DNA of 64,000 nucleotides from the NCBI GenBank assembly GCA_052426225.1, contig JBNJNM010000011.1, positions 3,472,001-3,536,000 of the forward strand. Reading direction: 5' to 3'. Source of the DNA: Zancudomyces culisetae HAW-14-8. Lineage: Eukaryota; Fungi; Kickxellomycota. The notes under the pieces are model-generated. The model did not search any database. It was not told the origin of the DNA and saw only the letters and a program-made list of their open reading frames with translations. The position numbers and the translations under genes are program-made. Position 1 is the stretch's first letter, and each line of letters starts with the position of its first letter. Shown piece by piece: positions 34,264 through 47,834 of the stretch.

Positions 34264-35697
34264 CTTTAATTCTTGCTTTTTCTTACTGTTTCCACTCGTA
34301 AAAGAAAAGAAACACTAATGTTGGTAGAAATATACTGAAAGCAAATTTTAAATAAAAGCCTTTAATTAAAGTGTTTAAGTTTGGGCTATTTTTGTCCAAA
34401 TGGGAAAAAAAAAGAGCTTGGAGAATTAGCCTGGATATTGTAAATGATATTGTAAATGCTTTTCTCCCAGAATAAGAATAACGCTTATTTACAGTTAACC
34501 AGTATCTCCGAACTCTCCCCATAATATTTTACTTTGGTAATAGTTTTTGTCGAGCATACTAGCAGGATAATTTACGGAACAAATTTACTAAACAAGAAAA
34601 AAAATTAAAAAAAATTTTTTTTGTTAGCTTTAATTCCATTCTTGGTGCACTAATTTCAAATAAACATAATTCTCGCATTTGTTACGACATTACAAATAAG
34701 ATTTGTGCAATACAAGTATCTATATTCCCATTGGCCAACTTTTGAGCTGAATCTTTATTTCTTCGCTAAATATTGAAACTGCCAATTATTAAACCAGTCG
34801 ATTTTGGAGATATGAAAAACAAGTGTGTGTTGAATGGGTTGATGTTTTACCATCCTGTATATAATTTGACTTTTCCCCTCCAATGAGGAGCTAAAATCTA
34901 GTATTTTTATTGACAAGTTTGCGTTTTCTCCGTCATTATTTTATTGCAAATGGTACACAAATCAGAATAATTTTCATCGCTTATTTCTAGTGTACACTTC
35001 ATTTACTTGTATTTTTGGCAAGAATTGTAAAACGTTGAAAACGTTTAGGTATATAGACATGCCTTGCAAATACAGTCTGCAGATCAACACAGACATAATG
35101 TATATACTGTAGTTTATGACAAAATATACAAAAAAATACTATTCCAAAAACATCAGGGTCGGAACGCCACCCTTTTCACATCAGGGCTGTACTACAAATA
35201 ATAGCTAAAAGCTATAGCTTTTATTGCTACTTGCGTCCTTGTCAGCACCGGTCAAGTATGGATAAGCGAAAGATTAAAAAGTAAAAATATACACAAAATA
35301 ACGAGAATAACAAGAATGAAAAGAATAAAAATGATGGTCTAGCCGCTTTGCAGCTACCCCATAACCTTGACTCTACAACCCAATTTTGAGCACTACAACA
35401 CGGATCAGTAATATTAGTAACAATAGTTTGGTCATAGTTCATCTCTATTTTTAGACATTAGAATTTTCTTTGATTGGGAAATATATAAAACCACACTAAT
35501 CGCAGTTTTGTGTTGCTGCGAAATTCTTCTACCAATCCAACATACCATAGGAAGGCGGTTCTAATTAACTTTGCTTGGCTGCAATGGCAACGAGTGGCAA
35601 TAGAACTTTTCCTTTATTATCAGTAAATAAAATGAAACCCTATTCTCAAGCTGGCTAAGAAATGAGCGTACTAGAGGTCGCACTTATTGATAGACGA

Positions 35698-37242
35698 TTA
35701 TTTTAAGTGTTTTGAATGGAAAAGAATATGGTCTTCCATAAAAGTTTGAACAAACCAGTACGAGTGATCATAATTTGGTTGCACTCTGGTCTCAAGGTTG
35801 ATGAATTTGCTGCTATTCTGAACTGCTGATACAAAATGGTCGGGTAACAATGCCCCATCCTTCAAAAAACTGTCCTCAGAGCCTTGATCTACCAAAATAT
35901 TCAGCATTTCTCCCTTGTAAACAGCTGCCAACTCGGTTGAATCATACACTGACCATGCGGATGGATTGGCACCAAGATACTCGGTGAATGCCTTTTTGCC
36001 TACAGCACACTCTGAAGGATGGCAGATTGGAGCAAAGGCGGATACTGACTATAATCGTGAGAGAAAAGAATCGTTGATAGTCACTTGCTTGTTTAAATAT
36101 TACGAGAGTATCTAAATTCTCACCTTGAACATGTTCGGGTTACGTAAAGCTGCCATTATCGCACCATGTCCGCCCTAATTTTCAAAAGACATAAACAGTT
36201 GATTTATCAGTATAAACATAAAGACTATGACAATTCAAGAATACATTGATTAAAATCGTTAAGTACCATTGAGTGACCAAAGATTGAGACCCGAGTGTTG
36301 TCCTATAGCAAATAGATCAAGTATTACTCATAAAAACAAATACATAAGCACATTTACAAACGGAATTCTTACAATTGGGAAGCTAGCGTTGATTATTTGC
36401 GGTAATTCGGAAGTGATGTAAGAATACATATTATAGTTGTTCTTCCACTTTTCAGTCGTAGCATCGACATAAAATCCGGCTCCTATTCTCACAGTAATTA
36501 GTATTGGTTAAAATAATACAAAAATAATACAAAAAACACAATGAAAAAATTAATGTGCAAATACCTGTGCCAAGATCCCAGGAGTCATCTTCGCCCTCTA
36601 TTCCACATCCTCCTACAATGATGCAATTTTATGTAGATTTTTAATCGGTATTTCCAATAACAATAACTAGTGTTTTAACATATTCTCTATAGAAACATCA
36701 AATTGCGCTAGCAATAGACACTTGGGTTCAGCTCACCCCTCTCCCCAAAATTTAAAAAACAAGATACTTACTAGGACTTGTGTCGGGTGTAACCAATGCA
36801 ATCTCCTCCTTTGATAGATATTGCAGAGCTCCGGATTTGGTTATCATATTGTCCTCTGTACAGGTTAGGCCAGATAGGAAGTAAAGGAGCTAATATTTAT
36901 TATTATTGTTATCATCATCAATATTAATTGGAGCGGACTGAATAAAATAGTACTATTTATAAGATCTATCGGTCTGAAATAAAGTCATCCACACCAGGAT
37001 TCACCCAGAATTCGTTAGGTAAATGAAAAATAAACAAAAAAGAAATACCCTCCTACAATTCAATAAAAGATTTAAAAAATACTTACTGGAACCTTGTTTT
37101 TACCATCAAGAGATGCCGAAGATGGTAGATAAATGTTAAATCTCATGTCACAACCCAGGACTAGAGAAGTGTGTTCGTATTTATAAACAAATCCACCAAA
37201 ACATTTGTTGGCCGACAGTTGTTTCAAATTGTACTGCTCCAT
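35698..37242 (-). CDS. S-formylglutathione hydrolase (esterase D); exons 37242-37087, 36889-36772, 36612-36565, 36482-36373, 36302-36267, 36174-36124, 36048-35698
   Basis: Reconstructed motifs [62 protein letters not shown]; six GT-AG introns. Confidence 0.93.
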
Positions 37243-38357
37243 CTTTTACAGTATAACAGGTTCAATACGTTGAAAGTTGTGTTTTTATTTTGTTGCTAGG
37301 AATATAGTCCCTTTTTCTATAAACAGTATTAACTTAATGAGATCTATTGATGTGAATATAACCTCTTAAGCGTGGAAAAATAAATAAATAGTGTATTTCG
37401 TTGCTTGTTGTTCTTTATAAATAAACTAAGAAGCAAAGTTTATTTTTAATTGTAAATAGGTTTTGCGATTGCTTTTAAATTCCATTAATCAATATTTATA
37501 ATCTGGTCTGCGTTAAAACTTGTTCATAGTTTTTTTCATCAGGTTTTTTTTTGTCCAAGTTTGATTTCATTTGCGAAAATTTTTGCTCAACCCAATAAGC
37601 ACGAGAACTAGGTTCGGTTAGCAGATTGGCTTGTAATTATTGGAGTGAACAAAATCCATCAATAAATAAACAGATGGACTGAGATTTACAAGAAAACTTG
37701 TAATATCGAGAGAAACGATCAACTTGGATGGATAAAGGTGACGCGAGCTAAGAAGCAAATTTGAGAAACAGATGTAAATGCCTGGTTTAGCATTAGAAAG
37801 CATACAATTATAAATGGCGAGATACCAGTGATTGTGGTGGCTAATGGTGTGTTTGGGGGGTGGTTCGAGTTGATACTGAATAATGGTGGCGGTTGTACAT
37901 CTACCCATCATGACCAGAAAAAAGAAATACCATAAAAAAAGCCGATAACACTTGCTATAGGACATGTTGTCATATGTAAAGGGAGATGCGCCCAAGTAGC
38001 TTTTACTCTGAAACACTGAATAGCTGTAGCGTCTACCTCCTTCAGCTGGCTGGCAAATGAAATACTAAAAAATATATTTTTTATGCATTTTTTTACAGTA
38101 TGCTTTTTGGGTTTTGATCTTTGTATTTGGATAGGAAAAAGCATTGGCTAGTTGAAGAAAAAAAGGTTAAAAGTTTGGAAAACCCGTTTGTAACCACGTT
38201 AAACTTTTATGTTTAAATTAGAACACATATTTCCTATTTTTTCATCCACTAGCTCAATACCATTGGGATTTTGCTTTTTAGATTCTCGTTTGAATTATCC
38301 CAAGACATCCTTACACTAAAATATCACAGGCGAACACAAAATACTCAAGCGAGCAAG

Positions 38358-40154
38358 ATGAACCCAAATTACACCGATTCAGAAGGAAATACTACGACTA
38401 ATAAAATAGAATCGGTTTTAAAAAGACTTGAAGAGATCCGGGCAGAGGAAAAACAACTACTAAGCGTGCTAGAAAATCTAAAAACAAACGAAAAGAATAA
38501 ATGTGGTGAGTTTGATTTTTTAAATATATTTTAATTAGTATGTTTGGTCGCCAGTGCAACTACACCATTTATCTTTAAAAAATGACTGACTAAATCCCAG
38601 GGGGTGGTGGTATAACATTCTATAATTCTGAATAGCGGAACAAAATGCTGCTGAACTTGATTATGAAATATTTCGTGGGCTAGATTCCAATGATATAATG
38701 AGATACAGCAGGCACTTGCTCTTACCACAGATCAGATCTGAAGGTGAGTGGTTATTTGGTTATGCCTTTTTATATCCATACCTCTACTATTTACGACAGT
38801 TTTATGCAGTTGTAATTATATTCGGTGTGAATTAAAGACAGAATTTTTTGTAAAAAAAGAACAAAATATATAATATAATTAAAACTAATTTAGGACAATA
38901 CAAAATCAAAAAGTCCAAGGTGTTAGTCATCGGTGCTGGTGGTCTCGGTTCAACAGTTCTATTATATTTATGTGCAATGGGAGTCGGAAAGATAGGCGTG
39001 GTGGATTTTGATTCTGTGGAATCAAGCAATCTGCATCGTCAAATAATCCACAAGGAAAATACAGCCGGTCTTCCAAAAGTCGAGAGTGCAAAGCGTGCAA
39101 TGAATGAGTTGAACAGCGGGTGTAAAGTCGAGACATATAATACACACCTAAACAGTAGCAACGCTTTAGAGATATTTGAAAAATACGATATTGTGGTTGA
39201 CGCAAGCGATAATCTACCCACTAGATATCTCATTAACGATGCGTGCGTTATTACAAAGAAGCCGCTAGTCTATGGGAGTGCGCTGAGACTGGATGGGCAA
39301 GTAGTCAAGTATAACTATGAAGGCGGACCATGTTACAGATGTATGTTTCCCAAACCTCCACCCTTCGACAAAAAGGCCAGTTGCTCCGAAGCTGGAGTAC
39401 TTGGTGTTGTTCCTGGGCTTATTGGATGCATTCAGGCTCTGGAAGTTATAAAAATTGTGCTTTCAGCTGACTCGCCGCAACCTACGTCTAGTTATATGCT
39501 ATCATTCTCTACATACGGAAATCCACAGTTCAGACAGTTCAGGATTCGCAATCGCCGACCTGACTGTGAAGTGTGTGGAGAAAGCCCCACCATCACTAGC
39601 CTTATTGATTATCCTGCATTTTGTGGTGCAGACTCAACAGATATGGTAAGTGAATTTAGTATCTAGAATTTAAAAAATGTTTGAACTGCCCTTAATTTAG
39701 GAAAACTCATAATCGTATAACCAACCTGAAATAGGCACCTGTTTCGAAAGTCTTGGAGAAAAGCGATCCATGCAGAATAAGCTGTATGGAATACTCCAAA
39801 GTACGCAAGAGTGGCCAACCCCACATTTTGCTGGATGTACGCGATACCGACCAGTTTCAGCTGTGCTCATTTAGGGGCTCCCGCCACATTCCACTTGATC
39901 GATTAGTATCGGAGGGGCAGGAATATGCGAATGGCGATAATTCTTCCACCGGAAAAGAGTCTCAGTTTAAAAACTTGGTCGATGATGCAAAAGAAAAGAA
40001 TTTGCCAATATATGCGATATGTAGACGTGGGAATTTATCGCAGAGTGCAGTAAAGGCACTTCGAGAATTTGCAAATTTTGAAAAGTGCTATCAAATAGAT
40101 GGTGGAATCACGGCATGGAACAAGACTGTCGATAACGGATTTCCCTTCTACTAG
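38358..40154 (+). CDS. UBA4: Urm1/molybdopterin adenylyltransferase-sulfurtransferase (MOCS3 family); exons 38358-38505, 38636-38743, 38894-39645, 39735-40154
   Basis: RYSRHLLLP, VIGAGGLG, SNLHRQIIH, CYRC...CEVC, C-terminal rhodanese CRRGN...FPFY. Confidence 0.95.
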
Positions 40155-40406
40155 ATGCACTGTATTTACCAAAAATAACCATTTTACCTGCTACGTTCCT
40201 GGTTATCTCTCCGACCCTTCCTTCAATGTATATATGGTTGTACTGATTTTTTAGGGTTATTTTATCTGTATATTCACAAAATTTTACTAAATAAAGACTA
40301 CCAATATCTATAGCGGTTTCCTCTCAAAAAAAAACATGAGAAAGAAACGAGAAGAGAGGAAAAGAGAGAGAGAGAAAGATGTTAGCTTGATAAAAGCGGT
40401 GGTAAC

Positions 40407-42375
40407 TCAAAAAGAAAATGGATCTTCCCAGATGGTTATCTGATGCGATTTCAAAAACGAGCTATTATTAATACTAGTGGTTATCATCTGATTTTGGGTG
40501 GAAAAGATGTTTGTTGTGCTGGAAAAATTCCTTTTAGCTGGATAGGGTTTTTTACTAGGAGCTTGGTCATGCTCATCATGATAGAGTACATTGGGTTTTT
40601 TATGCGCCAAGATACGTTGACATGTTGACCAACTGAACCGTACAATTTCAGGAAATCCAAATACTTGGTCAAAGTTTTTAGTTAACCATGCTTTTGTTGT
40701 TGGGTCTATTGAATAATTAGTGGGCTTTTTTACTAGAATTTCTAAAGGTATCAAACAACTGGCAATGCCATTGCGATTTATATATCTACACTTGTAGATA
40801 AGCAGAGTTAACAAGAAGTAAAGAAAAGGAATCAGTAACTACCTGATGGATATCCAGACCCAAAATTAGTATCGATGAACGTGGACTCGTGGTTTTCATG
40901 AAATACCCAGTTTTTTAATGTTGTATCTCGGATAACCTATAATTTAGACAAAAAATCAATATAATATCTTATTATGTGGCTAAGGCCACAAGTACGCCCT
41001 CTTACTCAATTTCACCTGTTGAAACTAGTGGTATTATCGAAGTCAATCGAAAATAGCCAAATAGTGGAATAAACTGTATAATGAAAAAATGACTACCTTT
41101 GCGACAATACTTGCTGCACTGACTATTGGATATAAAGAATCTGCCTTTTTCGCAACGTGTACTTTGATCCCCGGAAATAATGCACTCAATTTGCTATTGT
41201 ATGACCCTGGTGGTCCAACTGTATCTACGAATATCTCTGAAATTTTATATCCTTGCTCAAGCACACGGTTAATCAGCCCAATTGTGGTGTCATGAGCGAG
41301 CGAGTTCAGATTATACTTTTTTCTATTTAAATTTCAATTTGGCAGGTTTAGAAGGGTTTTTTATACATAAATACCGGAAACTCTCCCCCCCCCCACTTTC
41401 GAGGCAGAGGTGTACATTTATCTGGTGGCGGTTCTTATGATGTTGCCGGCATTGCTTGCTATATCCTCTAGATACTACCAAAAAATTAGTATACTCACTT
41501 TGCCAACATCCCATATGATATGTCCTGCGGACTTAGAGAATGGGCGATCCAGCTTGTACATTTTTTGTTTTCAGCGGTTTGTATTCGTAAAAACAGGTCC
41601 TCTCGTTGGGATTCTGTGAGAACTTTAGAATCTATTAACAATGATCGTATACCATTTATGTTTAGATATCACAGCTTTTGAGCAAAAGAGAGGTTTAAGT
41701 TTACTAAGTAACTCGATAAACGCTGCTATTATCTTCAACTCTCAAGTAAAATTGACAATCATACCACAAAACCCTTGTTTTGAAAAATCCTTATACTGGT
41801 CCTCAGTGCAAAAGCATGCCGCGTATACCATGGGCCCTATTTTAAAATGCGGTTTTAAAATCACATTAACCGTGTTTTGCAAGAGTTTACTTTACCAAAC
41901 AATAGCTATAAGAACAAATACAAATATTCATAATTTCTCATTGAGAGATATGAGCTTAAATGGTTAAATATAGATTCATACTTGATTAATCCCCATATAT
42001 AACAGTAGAAAAAGTCCTACCATCCCATTATGCTTTAATTGTAGATTTCTTACCTAGTACTGGACCTCTTCCTGCCTCATCAATTCCCAACACGTAGCTT
42101 TTCCTAAAAGTGGTCATTGTAGATATTCACAACACCTTTAGAGAATGAAAACAATATTTCCGGATATTACTGCTCGCTTAAATAATAAATCGTATAAAAT
42201 ATCGAATCCGTAAGCACCCGTGCCAACTATGATTACTTACGTTAAATCCTCGGCCGTGTTTGAAAACACTATTTTCGATTCCGTTATAGTTTGCGTAACA
42301 TCGAGCCCTAGTAGCTGAAGCTCTATTATTTTTAATTCACAAATGCATTACTTGTATAGGTTTATTGAAATTCAT
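40407..42375 (-). CDS. RNH201: ribonuclease H2 catalytic subunit A, multi-exon; start codon uncertain
   Basis: Exons encode [13 protein letters not shown] (about 42054-42100), [47 protein letters not shown]. Confidence 0.9.
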
Positions 42376-43139
42376 TGCATTTGAATGTTTATGTGTATAG
42401 AATACGGTGCTTGGGTAAGGTATTCGTTAGGCGAGTTTTGGGTCTAAAATGTTATTTCTAGCATTTATTCTTTATTTCCTCCGTTTCAAAAACCCGCACA
42501 CATCCAGAATACACCTGAGTATAAAGATAGCCAAAAGATATGTAGTACTTTGTGCTACTTTTAATCCAGTAGTACTTGCCTTTAATGATCTCTTCCATCT
42601 TCGTTATGTTTTTAATGTTCTAATTTAGCTTGGAGCAATTCCAAGCTCTAACTTTGTGTGATTTATGGATTTGATTTGAGTGAGTGAGTGGAGAGTTATA
42701 TGGTTTTTATTGGCCACTTTTATTTACAAAAATTGTGAAAAAGTATATCATTAGGCTGATGTGTTTGCGGATATTGGTGGAGCGATGTAAATACAGCGAA
42801 AACAGGCGCGATCATAGCTGGTGCCAATAGAATAACACATGCTCCTGATAGATATACTGAGTCAAAACTCAGGATCACCTCAGATATAGGTTCTTAAAAT
42901 CTATTTTTGTGATGTGGTAGGAGAAAAAAAACTTAAAAAGTAGTCACATTCCAAATATGCAAAGAAACATTTATTCCATTCAGAATGTAAGTAGTAGTTA
43001 AAAAGCGCAAAGATATAAAAAAACAATGTCAATATAATTAGACTTGGCGATAAAACAAAAGATGAATACTACGAGTCGCGTAGTTTTCATTTTTACATAA
43101 TAAAAAAGAGTTCGGTACAGTTAGAATACCAGAGCGGTC

Positions 43140-43899
43140 TTATTGGACGGTAAGACGCTTCAAAAAATCATCAGAGCTGACATCCGATATACCTGATGCA
43201 TCGATAATTTTGATTGTGTAGCTCGTGTGTTTAATAATGAATCTAGTGTTTAGCTCGGAGATACAGGCCGCCAAGGCATTCAGTGCCTCCTCTACAGTCA
43301 TATTAGGATGGTAAATCCTGTCAAGGACAGAATAGCTAAAATATGAGCAATATCCATGAGCTGCAAAAGGAATATTGGCAATTGATGCTAGGTAGTCGAT
43401 ACAGTATAGTGCAGGTTTTTGTGTATTAGCATTAAAACCCCCTACCAGCAAGTTTACTTGGTATGCATCCTACAAATAAGACATTATAAATGAGTTATTC
43501 TGGGGTTTTTTCCCAAAAGTTCTTGGTTCAGATTTTAGATATCAGCTTGGGATTATTATTTTTAAAAAAAAAGATAAGAGAGGAAGAGCAAAATGGATAA
43601 TAAAATCAACGTACCCTCGATCTTAGAGACATTGCAAGTTCACGTCTAGTATATTTGGCACATGCATCGACAGTCAAATCATGATAGTTACGAATTCCGT
43701 AGAGCTTTACATTTCCAAGAATATACTCACAAAAATTGGTGACATCTCCTGGCTCCCCAGATGTAGACATGACAACATTTTTTGTAAGATTATACGTTTT
43801 GTCAGCATCGTGTTTTATAGTCATTATCGAGTTCATCACTTGCTTGTCCGAAAGCAGGATTGTAAAATCCTTTCCTGTGATTCCAAGTTGAATGTCCAT
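43140..43899 (-). CDS. PRE1: 20S proteasome subunit beta-4; intron 43470-43614
   Basis: MDIQLGITGKDF, GEPGDVTNF, SLRSR|DAYQVNLLVGG, IDYLAS...AAHGY. Confidence 0.93.
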
Positions 43900-46452
43900 C
43901 TTCTATACTATTTCTTCGTCTCTATTTATATTCGTTTTCTGACACTGGTTCTGCAACCACTGTTTTGATTCTTGAATTGCTGAAAGTAGAGCTGGTTTTG
44001 AATTGTTATTTCAAAATACGCAAATATAGTTCTCCTTAATATTAACCAAAAAAAATATTACGCAATACAATTCAAATTTTCTGTTGGTCAATAATTTTTT
44101 TTTCACTTTAGAAAGCTAATACATAATTTCAGCGAATCATATATGGTTTTTGGAAATCCATGAGATGCATTTTATTTATTATTACTGCCACTATTATAAA
44201 GACGTTTTTGTTTATTGCCTTTTGGGCGCTTCGGCGCAATAATGTATCTACTGGCAGGAAAAACTGACTTAGTTTTTGTTTGCGCGCGCAACCAAGATAA
44301 CACTGATCTCATCCGATATGCTTTAAAGAGTAACTACTTGCTACTTAGGGGTTAGACACCCTAAAAGCCTGACATATTTTTAGTCGTGCCTAACTAATGA
44401 TCCTGCTCACTATAAAGTTACCAGAAAGTGTTCTTTTTTACAACAATTCTTGTGTCTATGCAGTATAACTTAGTTATGATGGTTTTGCGTCTTTATCATA
44501 TTATTTTGTTTGATGTTTGTATAACAAGCATAATATTTAAGGATTTCGACTGCTTTTTGAGAATATTAAACTGAGATTGTCACTAACACACATATGAGAT
44601 GAGGTATTACCTGTATCTAAAAGCTCAAGTTTGAGATGATTGATTTTTCCACGTATATATTTTGACTACACAAATTAAAATATAAAATATCGTGGTCGAA
44701 ACCTTTCTGTGAAATTAAAAAAGACTTCAGCTATAAAAGCGAGCATAATTGCAGAAACCAAATCAGTATGGTGCGGTAGAGGAAATGTTGTTACTCTACA
44801 AAGAATGTACTACCAGGTTGAAAGTAGATGGATAGTATCATCCCGGGCGCAATGCATAGAAATATTTATGTATTATCTACACTTGTCACCAATGTATAAC
44901 TTTCATTCCAAACCACCTCTTCCCTCTCTAAATATCAAACAAACTTGTTTCTGTGAAAGCTGAAAGTTATTTATTTGGATATACTTTACGAATTCATTTG
45001 TCATAATGAAGTCACCAGATAATTTATCAATTACACTATATTGATTATATAATACATAGTACTCACGACCCCGGGGTTCATTAACAGGGACCAGAAACCC
45101 GTGATTTGTGAGACTTGTATTTGGGTACACGACTTATTTTTAGTTTTTTCTTGCCACTCGGCTTTATATTCTGTACGTCTACATGTACATTTTTTTTGTT
45201 GTCTTTTTTGGTTAGGTAAACTTTGCTATATATAGTTTGTAAGCATATTTTTTTGAAATCACATCATAAAAAGCTTTCGATTATCTAAAGCTAGCTGTTT
45301 TACTAGTGTATGTATTTAGGTAAAAAACTAATACTCCTTTTGCCAAAATTGATTGATTTGATAAACTAACATTACATAAAAATGTGTTTGTAAGTTTGGT
45401 TTTTGGAAAATCTTGCATTTTAGCAACAGTGAGTACCATATTTACTTTTTTGACAAACTCCCACTCATTAACATAAACCTGAGTATGTCCAACTTACCTG
45501 ATAATAACGAAACTCAAATACTAGAAAAATATGTTCATAAAGAGAAGTTTGTGGGGTTGCACTAAAGCACCACTGTGTGAATAATTAAATAAACCTGGTG
45601 CTTTCACGCTTACCTAAACATCCTTACACCCCTGCTACCACAGTTGTTTCTTCAGATAAGGAAAAGTTTAAAAGAAAACCCCCCCTCTTCCCCACACCTA
45701 GAGTTTGGTGCAATAGAAGGTATCATGTTTGTTCATGGAGGTGTATCTGAGAAAAGCTTACCTCAGCCATAACTCTGCCCAATCAACCCCATGATGCATG
45801 ATACTTTTTTTTGTAATGAACTTGTCAAGTAAACATCTTATAAAACCAAAAGAGTACTAGCCTTACACAATACCCACCAAGCGAATCCCTCTCCATCTCT
45901 CTAAGATGCGCTATGTACCATAGTACTTATTTTACTCGAATAAAAAAAGCGCTACTCATAATGGCAAATGAGTTCATACCAGACTAAAAACTATCGGAAA
46001 TAATATAAACATTTGCATTAAGTGCTAACACAATTAGTCTGATAGTTGGGCTATCAATCTAAAAACAGGCTCATTACATAAAATCGTTCGAGGGTCTATT
46101 ATTTTCATTTTAGGAGAATATCAAAAAAATAAAATCATGTTAGCCATTATTAATTAGTCAATATATGCCATAACTCAGTACTTTTATCCACTGTAATTTA
46201 TACAATAAAAATGTTGTGTAATTGCCGGTTCAATACCGATAATGCGTTTACAATTGGTTTTCAATTATCATCGCTGTTTGAGAGGTTTCAAACTCACAAT
46301 GCAATGTTGAAGTTATTACTCCGTGTGCAACAATATGTTAGCAGATACCCATCTGTAGTTCAGTGCATCATTTCCAAATATCTAGCGCTCGTATAATACA
46401 AAGTAAAATCAAAAGAGAAAAACTAGAATCGAGGATGAGATAGATTAAAAAG

Positions 46453-46460
46453 TATAAATA
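46453..46460 (+). promoter_or_regulatory. candidate TATA box of the secreted-protein gene
   Basis: TATAAATA about 190 bp upstream of ATG 46647, followed by an A/C-rich leader. Confidence 0.4.
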
Positions 46461-46646
46461 TCGTCAACTTTTTCATCCAAATTTAAAAACATCAGAACAA
46501 TCATCATTGCAATACAACTGACTATCATAGTCAACAGCAAAACAAGTATAATTCAGTACAAGGCAAAGACAACTGTCACAGTAGCAACATTAGTTGTAAA
46601 TCACTCAGCATAACATCAAGAGTTCATATTTCATAGTAGCATAAAA

Positions 46647-47834
46647 ATGCGCGGCATCTTATTTTTGGCATTAGCATCAAGCACTCTCGTAGCAGCAGCA
46701 CCACGATATGGTTGCAAGGAAAAGTCTGTGTGGTGTGATGTAGGTGATGCAGATAGCAGAATATTCTTTTACTGTGTTGATGGCAAAGTTTCAGAAAGCG
46801 CATGTGTCACAGGAACCATTTGTAGTGAGGTATCTAGCGGAATCGAGTGTGTTCTTAAACAACAGCCTGAAACTGTGCAAAAGTCTAGAAAACTTGGAAA
46901 ACGTGCTACAGCTGATGAAGTTAAGGACAGCGCATTATACAAGCAGATTAGTAGTATACTCACAAACCTATCTACCGGTTCATCAAGCAAAGTCAGAAGC
47001 GATTTTGACGCTCTGACAGCATTAATCAAAAGCAGCCCAGATCAGGCGAGTGACTATTTACAAGTCCTCACATCAGTCGCAGATCTTGATACAGATCTCA
47101 ACCCTTCAACGCTTTTCAAGGTCTTTTCTCCTTATTTAAACAACACCGTGGCCGCTACAAATATGATTAACACCGTGCTAAAGGGACTTCAAGGAAATGA
47201 AAACAGAGCTGCGGCGTTTGTATCTGCTGTTTTTTCCTCCTTGAGAGAAAACGAAAATCTCAAAGAACAGTACATAAACTATCTTTTTATGGTTAGAACG
47301 CAAGTTGTCAAGTCCAAATACTTTGAGCTAAATACATCAGATTTGAAAGAGCTTGCTGATACTGCAGACAGCTTGATAAAAAAGGTATTCGGGTGTACAA
47401 GTAAACTCGGAAGTACTATAATAGACTCCAATAATGAAGGTACAATTGGTGATATTCTTCAACAGTTCTTTGATGGTGATATCGATGCCCTCACTTCAAT
47501 TGTCGATTCTGTTCTCGACTTTTCTGCCACATCACCACAAATATTAAAAAGTACAATCACATCTGGGCTTAAGATTCTTTCCAGCAAAACCTTGGGAATC
47601 GTCTCACTTGTGGTAAACTTTGTTTTCGGTGCTGTTGAAAAGAACTCGAAGACGTTCCTTGAGTTGGTTGAAGAGGGAAAAAACAACCTTCTAAGCAAAT
47701 CCTTCTTTGTTTCTCCAATTACTTCAGGTGTGATGTTCTTGTATGGTTTGGGTGGTGTTTGTATTGGCGACGTTTTGTACAATGGTGTTGCCGTTATCAT
47801 AACTCTCCTTACTTTGGGAACACAAACGTTCTAG
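46647..47834 (+). CDS. secreted orphan protein: signal peptide, 6-Cys module (CBM19-like), KR site, helical domain, hydrophobic C-terminus
   Basis: MRGILFLALASSTLVAA signal; C..C..C..CxxGTxC..C module; dibasic GKR; 395 aa single ORF. Confidence 0.75.
   Translation: MRGILFLALASSTLVAAAPRYGCKEKSVWCDVGDADSRIFFYCVDGKVSESACVTGTICSEVSSGIECVLKQQPETVQKSRKLGKRATADEVKDSALYKQISSILTNLSTGSSSKVRSDFDALTALIKSSPDQASDYLQVLTSVADLDTDLNPSTLFKVFSPYLNNTVAATNMINTVLKGLQGNENRAAAFVSAVFSSLRENENLKEQYINYLFMVRTQVVKSKYFELNTSDLKELADTADSLIKKVFGCTSKLGSTIIDSNNEGTIGDILQQFFDGDIDALTSIVDSVLDFSATSPQILKSTITSGLKILSSKTLGIVSLVVNFVFGAVEKNSKTFLELVEEGKNNLLSKSFFVSPITSGVMFLYGLGGVCIGDVLYNGVAVIITLLTLGTQTF

Noticed and set aside
37618-38016. 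132-aa minus ORF, plus an overlapping plus-strand frame broken by a single TGA (considered as a selenoprotein, since Sec use is reported in some early-diverging fungi)
   Set aside because: No ATG for the plus frame, no redox motif around the TGA, no SECIS seen, no homology recognised
45491-45500. ACTTACCTG resembling the U1 snRNA 5' end
   Set aside because: No U1 stem-loops follow; better read as a minus-strand splice donor
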